A stretch of 64,000 nucleotides of DNA from a virus (IMGVR_UViG_2910942425_000008:12672-76671), one strand, 5' to 3'; shown: positions 36,280 through 46,639, counted from the first letter of the stretch. The notes: a model not told the origin generated them from the letters alone. A program made the numbers and translations.

Positions 36280-36720
36280 CTAAAACATCTTTTTTAAATA
36301 CCTGATACCTATATAACCTAAAACGATCAAAATTAAAACCCTCCCGCACCATACTTGAAAGCCCTGAAAAGGTGTAAGCCTGTTCACTTCCTTCTCAATC
36401 TCTACAGGATATGGAACTTGTATGCTATCTTTAATAAATATCGAATCCCTCATTAGTTTATCCCTATACAAGTATCTGTACTTATTCAGAAAAACAGTAT
36501 CATTTTTTGAATAAATAAAAACAGAATCCATTACATGAATTGAATCTCGATGCCATCTATCAATATATTCTTTTTCCGTTTTTGTCGTTTCTATCGGTAA
36601 AGGAACATATTTTGTTTTGCACCCGGATAATCCAACAATTAGAAGCAATAATGATAATATTATTATTGCTATAGTATTTACCTTTGATTGATCTGCGTTA
36701 TTCTTCATATCTATAGTCAT
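36280..36720 (-). CDS. Spanin-like lipoprotein (lipobox plus C-terminal TM)
   Basis: LSGCKT, RDSI repeats, C-terminal TM; last gene of the lysis cassette. Confidence 0.7.
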   Translation of the reverse strand: MTIDMKNNADQSKVNTIAIIILSLLLLIVGLSGCKTKYVPLPIETTKTEKEYIDRWHRDSIHVMDSVFIYSKNDTVFLNKYRYLYRDKLMRDSIFIKDSIQVPYPVEIEKEVNRLTPFQGFQVWCGRVLILIVLGYIGIRYLKKMF

Positions 36721-37219
36721 TTAAACGGTTCAACCATCCTTTTAAAAATACCTTTTGTGATGGATTGTGCTGTGCAATACTTTCAAAATGCTGTTTTCTT
36801 CTATCCCAAAGCTTTTGAAACAATTCCTTTTGATCCGGGTATTCATTCACAGCTGCAAGTGTCTTTTTCCCTACTATGCCATCAGCAACCACGCCAAGTA
36901 CCTGTTGAGGGTATTTTATACCATAGCTACCAGAACCCCACACCCAATCTACAAGAAGATTGGCTATTGACTGGTTGTTTATCAGATCGGCTTTCCACTT
37001 ATCCCAATAAAGGGTTTTTAGCACATCCATCCATTCTTCATTGGATATATTTTTCAAGTCATTTACCGATGGTTGGGGTAAGCCTTTTAATTTTCGGTAG
37101 TAAGTACATGTGCCGATGGTAATCCCCTTATTTGTTGCACCACCCTTATCATTTGGATGATTCACAAAACCACCTTCCCATTTTAGAATTTTAGGCACTA
37201 AAAATTCAATCTTTGCCAT
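36698..37219 (-). CDS. Endolysin, glycoside hydrolase family 108
   Basis: EGGFVNHPNDKGGATNKGIT; C-terminal FLKGWLNRL. Confidence 0.9.
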   Translation of the reverse strand: MAKIEFLVPKILKWEGGFVNHPNDKGGATNKGITIGTCTYYRKLKGLPQPSVNDLKNISNEEWMDVLKTLYWDKWKADLINNQSIANLLVDWVWGSGSYGIKYPQQVLGVVADGIVGKKTLAAVNEYPDQKELFQKLWDRRKQHFESIAQHNPSQKVFLKGWLNRLNDYRYEE

Positions 37220-37718
37220 GATCTTCTTCTGTTTTTTTGTGAGAGTGATTTTTATTCTTCTTGATTACTTCCGATAAAGCAGTTAATAAATCATCCTTAT
37301 TTTCAATCAAGGTTACAATATCATCTAGGTTTTTGGATAACCTAATTTTTTCTTTGTCTTCTGCCTTTTCCAACACTGACCGTCCTTCAACATATATCAA
37401 GTATATGCTTGCTAAAATTGTTACAAAAGGTATTGGTGGAATAGGTGCATCAAATGATGTTATAACAAAAGTTATTATAACATCAAGCATAAAAGCAAAA
37501 AATAGGGCTGTGTAATACAAATTTACCTTTGAAATGGTTCTTTTCAAACCATAGGATGTTCTTGCTTCACCTCTTATTTTTGCTTTCATATAACCGCTTC
37601 TTAGGTCAATTGCAATGGCAGCAAAAACAAACAACCACATGATTGCAACAATGATAAGTTTAATTTTTAGTGATGAATAATCACCTTCTAAAATTGATTT
37701 TATAAACAATAATTTCAT
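37206..37718 (-). CDS. Holin
   Basis: Three TM segments, AIDLRSG...TSYGLKRT, EGRSVLEK. Confidence 0.8.
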   Translation of the reverse strand: MKLLFIKSILEGDYSSLKIKLIIVAIMWLFVFAAIAIDLRSGYMKAKIRGEARTSYGLKRTISKVNLYYTALFFAFMLDVIITFVITSFDAPIPPIPFVTILASIYLIYVEGRSVLEKAEDKEKIRLSKNLDDIVTLIENKDDLLTALSEVIKKNKNHSHKKTEEDHGKD

Positions 37719-37757
37719 TACTTTTGGAATTTAACAATAACGCAATATTTAACAATT

Positions 37758-38111
37758 ATGAAAAAGATATTCTTCCTTTTACTGATATTGCCTTTAATGG
37801 CATGTTCATCTGATGATGAAAATGAAAGCGATAGTAGAATAAAACCTACCACCGAAAACATTATTGGATATTGGGTTGACAAGACTAGAACGGAACATAA
37901 TTTTTTCCAATTCATAGATAGTAAAAATGGAAAACTTGGCTTTTATACGGAAAAAAATTCTTTTTTGAAAACGGATTTTTCATATACTATTTCAGAATAT
38001 TCAATTAAATATGTTACATCGTATGGAAAATCATATTCCTTTGATTTCTATTTCAAGGATGATTTTCTTTATATAGGAAATAGTAAGTACGAAAAATTAA
38101 TCTCAAATTAA
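37758..38111 (+). CDS. Lipoprotein moron
   Basis: MKKIFFLLLILPLMACSSDD; opposite strand to the late operon. Confidence 0.8.
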   Translation: MKKIFFLLLILPLMACSSDDENESDSRIKPTTENIIGYWVDKTRTEHNFFQFIDSKNGKLGFYTEKNSFLKTDFSYTISEYSIKYVTSYGKSYSFDFYFKDDFLYIGNSKYEKLISN

Positions 38112-38126
38112 TCTCAAATTAATAAT

Positions 38127-40433
38127 TTATGATATATTTAACGCTTTTCCATTCCTAAATAATCTACCACTTTGATTAGGATCAGAAGAAGGCAATCCAT
38201 TCATACTAACTTCTAAATTATAACTTCCTTCACCATTATCATTTGGTATATAATATCTACTTGCTGAGAATGACGGTTGTGATTGATCCTCCCTATTAAA
38301 GAATCCCACATTTTCAGGGTTCAAATAGGACATATATCCGGTTGAATTATCTAAAAATCTAATTTCATACCCTGTTATATCTAATACATAAGCAGGTTCG
38401 TCCCCGGTTTTCCATCCAAAATGATTTAAAAGAATTCTTGGTAAAAAGAATTTTTCGCCATCATCACCCTCATCTTCCTCGAAATACATATGAATCAAAG
38501 TTTGCCCTATACTATTTATAAACTTTAAACTCCTATCTTCAGGATCAATCTCTATCCTATTCCCATTCTTATTACTCTCAAATTTCCCCGATAATAAAAG
38601 ATTCCCTAATGCATCCCAGATAATATTCTGGTTTGCCAACCACCCCGAACCATCTACTTTAAACCCAATTGGAGTTTTTCCTTCCGCAGCATCATCAAGT
38701 GGTCCACCGAAATAAGCGACTACATCATCCGGCTCTATTGCTGCTCCGTTTATGCCTGCTACCTCTTTCCATTCATCACCAACGACAGCGCCCAGACGTA
38801 TAAGGGTCGTCAATAATAGACCTTTGTCAATCATGGTTTCGTTTTCCAGGGCAATACGAAGATAGTTTAACGCCTTTATGTTTTTTAAGTTCCCGTTAAC
38901 AGCTTTCATTGCTTCCAGATATTGAACATCAGCTTCTTTTTTATTTCCCTCAATGCTGTTTTCAATTCGGGCAAGACGCTTGTAGTCCATTACATTTCCT
39001 ACAACATATTCATCCTTCGCAGTTATCGGATATTTCCGGTACCCATATACCCGCGATAATTTTTCGCCCGATTCGAAGATCATGCTAACCATCCTTACCC
39101 GTTGGCCAATCTGTAAGTCAAGGTCATTTTCAAGCCGGAAGACAGGATTTACAATACAGGTATAAGTTGCTGTATCGGTAGCGATAGTTTTCAAATATTC
39201 CCTTGCAGCATCTTCCAGTTCCTTCTCTGCTTCCGGAATGTATTGATCGCCCACAAGAGAAATATCGAAACCATATAACACATATTCATCCCCTATCTTC
39301 GGCTTCAATATTTCATTTGGAATATAATTGTCGCCTTCAGTAATAACGATAATCTCAAATTCATCTGTTTTATCACTATATGAAAGTTCAAAATCACGAC
39401 CAGCCAACCAGCTGTTATTACCGAATTGGAGCATCAATGTTTCGTTTGCCAGTATATATTCAGACTTAAACTGTAACCCCGCATCTTTAATATAATAGAT
39501 TATAAATGGATCGCCGTTTTCATCTGTTTTCTCGACCTGTCGCAAGCTGGTAACATTACCGATACGTTTGGGGTAAATATCTTCGAATATTTTTACCCTT
39601 TCGATTATATCAAGCCTGTTCATACCGGGGAAGGCATCAACATAATCGCCCACTTCTGCCGGAAGCCGCAACTTCTTTTGAACAATAGCGTCTATTACTT
39701 CATCATCGCTTATCTGCCGGTAATTTTTAGGGATATTACGTGTGGAGCCAAAAGCAAACAGTCGTGTACAATAATCTTCCTCACTTTCATTTGCTTTTTG
39801 AATATCGATTAATGATACTTCACGGCGTAAAGTAACTATATCCGAACTTTCACGCTGATATACCAGGTTTATAGTTTTAAGCTCGTAATCCACATACCAT
39901 TCCGCTTTGAATGCTTCGGCAATATCAGTCAGACCATCAAATACATTCTGGCTGTTGAAAGTAATGTTTTGCAGATCCGTTGGTTCAATAATACCAACAG
40001 TCCATTCTTCATTCAGATAGTTACTTATATTATCAGCTGCTATCTCAAGAAATTGCTGGGCTTTGCCATACAATACCCATTCCACTTCCTTATAGCCCTG
40101 CATGGTGTAGAACATAACACAATCAAGAAAGAACATCTCCGAAGCCTCGAATTTCAACTCATATTTATATAATTGTGTATTTACCTCTTTCGGCTTGCAA
40201 TCTTCCCTTAATCTATACTTTATACCATTATAGTTGATATAGTCTGCACGTTTAAAAAATTCTCTGGTTGGGTAATCAAATGAGAATTGGATGTAATGTT
40301 CACCCATTACCTCATTGCTTACAACCATATCGTCCGGCATGGCAATAGATGCTTTTGGCTTTATTGCTTTACTATCATACACCCAAAGGACATATTCTTT
40401 AGGTGTATGCTTTATGTTACCTACTTCAATCAT
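38127..40433 (-). CDS. Siphophage tail hub / spike (Tal-like)
   Basis: IAEAFKAEW...CTRLFAFGSTRNIP...IFEDIYPKR pattern of Bacteroidales siphophage tail proteins. Confidence 0.75.
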   Translation of the reverse strand: MIEVGNIKHTPKEYVLWVYDSKAIKPKASIAMPDDMVVSNEVMGEHYIQFSFDYPTREFFKRADYINYNGIKYRLREDCKPKEVNTQLYKYELKFEASEMFFLDCVMFYTMQGYKEVEWVLYGKAQQFLEIAADNISNYLNEEWTVGIIEPTDLQNITFNSQNVFDGLTDIAEAFKAEWYVDYELKTINLVYQRESSDIVTLRREVSLIDIQKANESEEDYCTRLFAFGSTRNIPKNYRQISDDEVIDAIVQKKLRLPAEVGDYVDAFPGMNRLDIIERVKIFEDIYPKRIGNVTSLRQVEKTDENGDPFIIYYIKDAGLQFKSEYILANETLMLQFGNNSWLAGRDFELSYSDKTDEFEIIVITEGDNYIPNEILKPKIGDEYVLYGFDISLVGDQYIPEAEKELEDAAREYLKTIATDTATYTCIVNPVFRLENDLDLQIGQRVRMVSMIFESGEKLSRVYGYRKYPITAKDEYVVGNVMDYKRLARIENSIEGNKKEADVQYLEAMKAVNGNLKNIKALNYLRIALENETMIDKGLLLTTLIRLGAVVGDEWKEVAGINGAAIEPDDVVAYFGGPLDDAAEGKTPIGFKVDGSGWLANQNIIWDALGNLLLSGKFESNKNGNRIEIDPEDRSLKFINSIGQTLIHMYFEEDEGDDGEKFFLPRILLNHFGWKTGDEPAYVLDITGYEIRFLDNSTGYMSYLNPENVGFFNREDQSQPSFSASRYYIPNDNGEGSYNLEVSMNGLPSSDPNQSGRLFRNGKALNIS

Positions 40434-40687
40434 TACAAAATATATTTATCTATCAACAATAATATTGCGATGGGAATCGCGCCCATCCATGTCGCAATTG
40501 TATCCATCCATGTGAATCCGGTTTTCCTTACATACTTATCAATAAATTCTTTTCCTAAACCGGCAATCAATGGGAACAAAAGAAACCACACCCATAAATA
40601 AGCCAATTGAGCCAAAAGAAGCCCGACAATAAAGTGTAAAACCTTATCAATATTATTCCTGCACCAGTTCTCTATTTTCGTCTGCAT
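40433..40687 (-). CDS. Small membrane protein
   Basis: DKVLHF...GKEFID...D..AT; TAATG coupling to the tail hub. Confidence 0.75.
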   Translation of the reverse strand: MQTKIENWCRNNIDKVLHFIVGLLLAQLAYLWVWFLLFPLIAGLGKEFIDKYVRKTGFTWMDTIATWMGAIPIAILLLIDKYIL

Positions 40688-40853
40688 TGTCCTGATAGAT
40701 TAATTGATTGTCTTTAATATACTGCTTAGCTTCGTCAATAGAAGTAAATTCCATATACACCACATCATCGGCGGGGTATATCGTTGCCCCTCTCGGCATT
40801 TCCTGTAACGGCATTATCAATTTGCCGTCTTTATGTAAAACGATGTACTTCAT
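40653..40853 (-). CDS. Hypothetical protein
   Basis: 66 aa, coupled on both sides. Confidence 0.65.
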   Translation of the reverse strand: MKYIVLHKDGKLIMPLQEMPRGATIYPADDVVYMEFTSIDEAKQYIKDNQLIYQDNADENRELVQE

Positions 40854-42088
40854 GCTCCTAAATTTATTATTGTTACTCCTTTAGCCTGTAATGTTTCGAC
40901 CGCTGCATCTGATGCAATTGTGCGTGTGCCGTAATACGACATGATTTTCAGCCACGAACTTTCGGGCAAGGTAGGTGCAAAATCACAAGTTGCCATATCG
41001 TTAAGAAACCTGTCTACATCACCTGATGTAGCAAATCTGACAGCTTCCAACGCCATAATATATGTCCGTGAAGCCAGTTTGCCCGACCATGTAAATACCG
41101 ATTTTCCGTTTTGATTCGAGAAAAATGTAAGGTTGTTGCTTGTAAACTGGCTTATATCCCCATATACGCCATCAACACCTTTCAAACCCATTGTATAACC
41201 TACTGTTGCTGCACATTTATGAAATACGGATATATCGCCTGTAATACCTTTACAGTTCTCAAAATTGACATTGCTTAGGTTCAAGCCCGCAGGAATATGT
41301 CCTGTCAATACGGACAAGTCACCTGCAATCTTCGTGTTTGGAACGGAGAACAAATAAAGGTTGTGATGTATGCCAGTAGTAAGACTTCCCGCCACATCAT
41401 CAAAATTAGCCCGGCACGCTATCTGAAGATTGCCCAGATATAGTTTGTTCAATATCCGTGTAGCATCGCCCGTTAGCGGTGTCATATCCTTATATATGGC
41501 TGACGATGCACCAGAACGGGTTATCATAAAGTCCGTCAGGTTAGAATAAGTAGAGAAGCCGGACAAGTCGCCGCCTATTGCCGTCTGTAAGGCTACAAAA
41601 TGTTCGTTCCTTATATTGGCAAATATGGATATATCGCCTTTCAGCCCGATTGCAGAACGCACGGAACGCAAATCATTGTATTTCAAAGCATCTATATCAA
41701 AGTCAATATAAGCGGGCATGGAGCTTATAGAGTTATTGGCGTTGGTAAAAAAATAAGTAGTCAGCGTTCCTAGCCCTATTATTCTGAACTTATTGTTCAA
41801 TGAAATATATTCCGCTTCGGTAGCTTTGAAATATATGCTCACTTCCGCGCCCCAGTTTGCCGTACCCGATACCGTTTTGCCGATAACAGTCGTAAGGTCA
41901 CTCTTATAAAAATTGCCGTCACCTTTCAATGTGAACGTATAAGCACCATTCAGCCTGAAAGTCATTTTCACAAAATCGTTTTGTGTATTGTGGCTTCCTG
42001 TAGGGACAACCATAAAACGGGCTTCGTTCAATTTTAACAAATCAGTTGTCACCGATTCAGTTAATTTTATTTGTAAACATTCTGCCAT
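40850..42088 (-). CDS. Tail-associated LRR-like solenoid protein
   Basis: About seven xxGD(I/L)S repeats (LKGDISIF, IGGDLSGF, IAGDLSVL, ITGDISVF, VYGDISQF). Confidence 0.65.
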   Translation of the reverse strand: MAECLQIKLTESVTTDLLKLNEARFMVVPTGSHNTQNDFVKMTFRLNGAYTFTLKGDGNFYKSDLTTVIGKTVSGTANWGAEVSIYFKATEAEYISLNNKFRIIGLGTLTTYFFTNANNSISSMPAYIDFDIDALKYNDLRSVRSAIGLKGDISIFANIRNEHFVALQTAIGGDLSGFSTYSNLTDFMITRSGASSAIYKDMTPLTGDATRILNKLYLGNLQIACRANFDDVAGSLTTGIHHNLYLFSVPNTKIAGDLSVLTGHIPAGLNLSNVNFENCKGITGDISVFHKCAATVGYTMGLKGVDGVYGDISQFTSNNLTFFSNQNGKSVFTWSGKLASRTYIMALEAVRFATSGDVDRFLNDMATCDFAPTLPESSWLKIMSYYGTRTIASDAAVETLQAKGVTIINLGA

Positions 42089-42107
42089 ATTATTGTATTT
42101 TTTAATT

Positions 42108-44447
42108 TTAATTGTAATTGAAATATAAGTCCAGGTTCACGAGTTTAGCCGTTACCCATTTTTCGATGCGTTCAATCGAATTGTAAAAGCCGAGCGCATT
42201 GGGTACGTTATCGTATAGCTTTGTTAAAGGCGCATTGCCCGTTGATGGATCTATACATTCAAAAAGGAAAGTTTGGTATTTGCATTTATCGCCTACATTG
42301 TAAGCAGTTGCGTTGTTATACTCTGTGCCGTTATCCCACTCATCGCCGACAAGCTTCCAATATGCTTCATTAATATAGGATTTGCGATATGAAGGTGTTT
42401 CGCCCCATTTCTCAAACTCCTTTTTATACATGTCCGAACCTATCATTTCAACCCACTCATTAAAGAGATTGACAACGTTTTCAGCCGTAAATATCCCTTT
42501 ATCCCTTAACTCCTTATAGCGGGCTTGAATTTCGGGTTTATATAATTGGTTAAGCCAATAAGACGGCAAACGGTTTTCGAGCCCAAGAATAGCGCTCAAA
42601 CTGTTACGTTTTACCATATTGCCCCGCCAGTGCATACCGAACACACTATCATGGTCGTAAAAAGTAGGACACCATTTAAGCCCATCCCATGTACACCATA
42701 TCCAATTTTTGGCGAAACCGTCAAAATTGTAGACAAATTGAGCGTGTACGAAATAATCAATAAAGAAAGGCACATCGAAGTATTGTTCAAATTCGGCTTT
42801 GGTAGTAGACCCCGAAAAAGTAGGCAAGGCATTACTGAGCCTCACAATATTATCTTTCACCTCTTTTGAAAAAACGTCCGTATTTGACAGTTCTTTCGGA
42901 TAGTCGCCGTTATACTCATTTCCGTTTATGTCTATCAAGTCTTTCGGGTTGCGTACTTCAAATTCAGACCATACGATATTGTTTTGCCAAAATGTACTTA
43001 AAGATAAATTGCCGTCCAGAATGATATGTTTTGAATCACCTTTATTGGCTGCATAATTATCGCGATGCTTCTTAAGGTTGAGAGCATACAGGCCGTAAAA
43101 TTCTTCATTGACGTATATAACAACGGGAAAGCCATCAGGATGGCATAAAGCCTCGTTTACTATATCAGCTTTCAATATGCCTGTGCCATCGTATGCAGTT
43201 GCAGACGGGTAAACGCTTTGATAAGGCTTTCTTTCCCCAACCGGGCGTGTTTGGTACATTTGTTCGCATAGCTTGTAACTTACGTTACATTGCCCCCTGA
43301 AAGCGTCTATATAATATTTCTTTATATGGAAGCTGTCTTGTGCTACCCAGTTCCCAAACTTGATTTTACAGTCGGTAAAGTCTACAGATAGGTTTTTTAC
43401 CATGTATGCCATTGACGATGTGCCCTGTGCATTCAGAATAATGGGCTTCCTGAAATAGTTACCGTCCTTATCCCAATATTCCAATATTGCGTGTATATCG
43501 TCAAATTTACCCGATGGCATCCTTGAAACAATAAGGTTTATCCGCGCCGCAACTCTCGGTATAGGTATGGCAATATCGGATTGTTCCGACCAGTCGCCTG
43601 TACCTTTGCCCGGAGAAAAACCGCTGTCTATTAAATCCTGTTTAAGTTGGGTTATGGCTTTGACAGATAGTTTTATCCTGTCATTTATGGTTGCTGTTTC
43701 AGTCTCAAAGGTACATTCCCACTTTGTACCGTCCTTACGGCGATACGATAAAATCCTGTTTTCAGCGTCCAGCGTCACTTCTATTCGCCCCTCGTTATCG
43801 GTTACAACGGATAGTATTCTCGATATTGCGCCGATAGCGGCGTTCACGGCTGTGTCGGATATAGGTTTGCCCGTGTTGCCTAATACGTTTACAACATCTG
43901 TATAGTTAAGTTTTAGCTTAAGGGCTGCTTTGGTATCTTCGGGCATGCCTTTGGCGACATAGATTTCTCCGTTACGGCGGAAACCGCAAAGGATAGCCGT
44001 TGATGTGTCTGTGATGGCGAAAAGATACTCACTATTCGATATAATGGATAATTGAGCATACACGGCGGGTATATCTTCGGATATTGCTACACCTGTATCA
44101 GACCACGAATCGTTTTTATACTCCCATATAGTGCCAGTATCTAAAATACCCGCTTTGTCGCCCGCTTGTGGTTGTCGCACCGTACCGCTAGCAATATCCG
44201 CCTCCAACTTTTCAAGCGTGGAAAAATAGCCGAGATTGTGTTTGTTTTCTTCTTTTACGGCTTCCAAATCCGCATGAGAGGCTTTATTTTGTTCTAAATC
44301 ATTGAGGGCATCGGTTAGACCGAGTATTTGCGTTTGCGGTAATCTTTCCGATTTATGCCAAAAAGACTTCCATGAATCCGCAAATTGCTTTTCTGTAGGC
44401 TCTTTTCCTTTTTTATAATATGATAATATTGTAAGTAAATCTATCAT
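42108..44447 (-). CDS. Tail fibre-like protein with CotH-type kinase domain
   Basis: N-terminal PT..QF..W.SFWHK fibre anchor; DGFPVVIY...YGLY, FDGFAKN...FYDHDSVFG. Confidence 0.75.
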   Translation of the reverse strand: MIDLLTILSYYKKGKEPTEKQFADSWKSFWHKSERLPQTQILGLTDALNDLEQNKASHADLEAVKEENKHNLGYFSTLEKLEADIASGTVRQPQAGDKAGILDTGTIWEYKNDSWSDTGVAISEDIPAVYAQLSIISNSEYLFAITDTSTAILCGFRRNGEIYVAKGMPEDTKAALKLKLNYTDVVNVLGNTGKPISDTAVNAAIGAISRILSVVTDNEGRIEVTLDAENRILSYRRKDGTKWECTFETETATINDRIKLSVKAITQLKQDLIDSGFSPGKGTGDWSEQSDIAIPIPRVAARINLIVSRMPSGKFDDIHAILEYWDKDGNYFRKPIILNAQGTSSMAYMVKNLSVDFTDCKIKFGNWVAQDSFHIKKYYIDAFRGQCNVSYKLCEQMYQTRPVGERKPYQSVYPSATAYDGTGILKADIVNEALCHPDGFPVVIYVNEEFYGLYALNLKKHRDNYAANKGDSKHIILDGNLSLSTFWQNNIVWSEFEVRNPKDLIDINGNEYNGDYPKELSNTDVFSKEVKDNIVRLSNALPTFSGSTTKAEFEQYFDVPFFIDYFVHAQFVYNFDGFAKNWIWCTWDGLKWCPTFYDHDSVFGMHWRGNMVKRNSLSAILGLENRLPSYWLNQLYKPEIQARYKELRDKGIFTAENVVNLFNEWVEMIGSDMYKKEFEKWGETPSYRKSYINEAYWKLVGDEWDNGTEYNNATAYNVGDKCKYQTFLFECIDPSTGNAPLTKLYDNVPNALGFYNSIERIEKWVTAKLVNLDLYFNYN

Positions 44448-44453
44448 TGCTAT

Positions 44454-45296
44454 TCAATATTTAACTTTAATAATATAGGCCAATACATAATATTCGGGCC
44501 GAATGTCTATTTCTTCACCGCCTCCTACAGCTTCAGTTTGCGCTGTATATCCCGCTGAACCTGTTGCGTCCGGGAAAGGACGACTGTTTGCATTGTCACC
44601 CCACTTGTTTTCGGTAAATTTGATGCCGTGTGCGTGGTTTGGCATTTGTTCTATGCTTAGTGTAATCTTTGAATTTCCTCCACTTTTGCCAATAGAATCA
44701 TAATCCGTTTTAGTAGAATCATAGCCTGTAATAAACATGTGACGTAAATCGGGCAACGTAAAGCTTTCTTCATTCTCCTTGCCATAAAACCAGGCTAAAT
44801 CGGGATATTCAGAAGTTTTCATTATACGACCATCAGCCAGCATGTAATTATCAGGGATGCGATCCAGCCTGCCAGTCCAGTCAATTTTCATGCCTGGCGG
44901 TTCACCTCTTACCTGTGATATCTTTGTTTCCAGTTCCTGATTGGTTAATACCTGTTTAAAGTCAGCCCAATTGTACTGGCCTTCATTAGCAAATACGGCA
45001 ACCCGATCAATATATGCTTCCGGATATGTTTCATCAAAGGCCTCAAGTGTTGTTTTGGTTTCCTGGATAGTGATCTTGCTTTTCTTCGCACCTCCCTGAA
45101 ACGGTAAGATCTCACCATTGATTACGATCATACCCGGCGCAACATTTGAACCATCATCCGCACACCCTGATAATATATAGTTTGCACCACCTAACAATGC
45201 CAAAGCTGCAACCATATATGTTGCATTCTGTAGCCTGTCAAGATCATCAGAGGCTGCAGGAAAATCATCTTTTGCTAAAAAATTAGTCTTATCCAT
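44454..45296 (-). CDS. Tail collar domain protein
   Basis: PDNYMLADG...FTLPDLRHMFITG...GG...LSIEQMPNHAH...YYVLAYIIK. Confidence 0.85.
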   Translation of the reverse strand: MDKTNFLAKDDFPAASDDLDRLQNATYMVAALALLGGANYILSGCADDGSNVAPGMIVINGEILPFQGGAKKSKITIQETKTTLEAFDETYPEAYIDRVAVFANEGQYNWADFKQVLTNQELETKISQVRGEPPGMKIDWTGRLDRIPDNYMLADGRIMKTSEYPDLAWFYGKENEESFTLPDLRHMFITGYDSTKTDYDSIGKSGGNSKITLSIEQMPNHAHGIKFTENKWGDNANSRPFPDATGSAGYTAQTEAVGGGEEIDIRPEYYVLAYIIKVKY

Positions 45297-45786
45297 TTGT
45301 TATAATATATGTTTTAGAAGCCAGTTTATTCTGATTTATCAATGCGCGCATATAGGTTTCTTCATTTTCAGAAAGCGTAAAACCAACAGGCAATACAATT
45401 TCAAAATCTGGGTTCTCAGTGCCTATAAACCCTTTCCTACTCATTAGCCTGGGTACAAATCCGGGTGAAGACCTTTTATACAATCGTACAGGTTTATTGG
45501 TGTTTCTTTTCCAAAACAAAAAGGCATCTTCATCCAGTGCTGCCTGCCTGATCCTGATTCGTCTTTCCAGTGGATCGAAATTGTCATTAATAAGGCCCTG
45601 CAGGTAACATACCTGGGAATAAGTCCCAATATCAAGTGATTCCCTGTATTCATTAAACTCATCATTCATATTATCCAAAGGTTGCATTATAGCCCTTATA
45701 AAAGCTGAAGCAATTGGCTGCCTTAAAAATGTAGGAAGCAGCAACACACCTATACGTGAATAATTGATGTTGTAATAGTTACTCAT
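45289..45786 (-). CDS. Baseplate wedge protein (P2 gpI-like position)
   Basis: LLLPTFLRQP...QVCYLQGLIND; next to baseplate J. Confidence 0.7.
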   Translation of the reverse strand: MSNYYNINYSRIGVLLLPTFLRQPIASAFIRAIMQPLDNMNDEFNEYRESLDIGTYSQVCYLQGLINDNFDPLERRIRIRQAALDEDAFLFWKRNTNKPVRLYKRSSPGFVPRLMSRKGFIGTENPDFEIVLPVGFTLSENEETYMRALINQNKLASKTYIITNG

Positions 45787-46639
45787 AAGGAATATACTTT
45801 AGGATCAGGTTTGCATCCGAAATAGTATAATAGCCTGCATGTGCTATTTCAATAGCGTCTATTTCTTTAAAATCGGTATAAACACCATACCTGGATGATG
45901 CTTTTTTCAGTTCTGGCAGTTCCACACCATCAACAGCCTGTACAGCATCTACCAGCTTCACATTGGCATACCTGCTGTTAAAAATCAGGTTGTGCACATA
46001 GTTGCGGATAGCATCAGGCACAGGTGTATCATTCGTGCCGTCCAGGCGTTTACCATTCTTATCCAGTACCAACGGATTGTAATACACATCCATTTCAACA
46101 CGCATTTCATCTGCAGGATCATTAATGAACTTAATCTTAACACCTGCATCCTGGATTTTAAGAATATAAGCTTTGAAAGCAGCAAACACTTCATCGGGCA
46201 ACGGTTGCTTCACGCCATTTACCTCAGTTGCGGTCTTTATGTATAAGATACTTTTATTCATTGGGCTTACTGCAGCAGCGAACTTAACCACCCGTGAAGC
46301 TTCAATTTGTTCTTCAGTAAGCCCTGAATTATCATAAGCATCTGTGTCGCCTGCCAGCTCGTAACCATACTGGAACAATAAAGCCATCATAGTGTACCAT
46401 CCAGTACTGTGTACCTTTTCGTCTTTCAGCTTCCTGTCAATATCCGTTGTATGCTGGGTGTATGTCTGGTAATTTACATACATGGCAACAGCAGCATTAA
46501 AAAACATAATCCTCTCGATAGAAGCTGCAGAAAATTGCTCATCAAAGGTTTTGCCTTCTGTCAGTCCATATCTGGCAATCACTTCAGGATCGCTTATATA
46601 GGCATCAGTCATTATTTTATATATGTCATTTACTGTCAT
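45779..46639 (-). CDS. Baseplate J-like protein
   Basis: HSTGWY...FQYG...KIQDAGV...VDAVQAVDGV. Confidence 0.75.
   Translation of the reverse strand: MTVNDIYKIMTDAYISDPEVIARYGLTEGKTFDEQFSAASIERIMFFNAAVAMYVNYQTYTQHTTDIDRKLKDEKVHSTGWYTMMALLFQYGYELAGDTDAYDNSGLTEEQIEASRVVKFAAAVSPMNKSILYIKTATEVNGVKQPLPDEVFAAFKAYILKIQDAGVKIKFINDPADEMRVEMDVYYNPLVLDKNGKRLDGTNDTPVPDAIRNYVHNLIFNSRYANVKLVDAVQAVDGVELPELKKASSRYGVYTDFKEIDAIEIAHAGYYTISDANLILKYIPYE

Larger units (their letters stand above)
1..40433. mobile_element. Temperate siphophage-like element (left end outside window; right boundary uncertain, 40.4-44.4 kb)
   Basis: Portal, terminase, replication, recombination, CI, integrase, lysis and tail-hub genes in lambdoid order; no host genes. 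Confidence 0.85.

Noticed and set aside
38094-38123. AAATTAATCTC tandem duplication
   Set aside because: Short AT-rich slippage duplication at a gene end with no evident function
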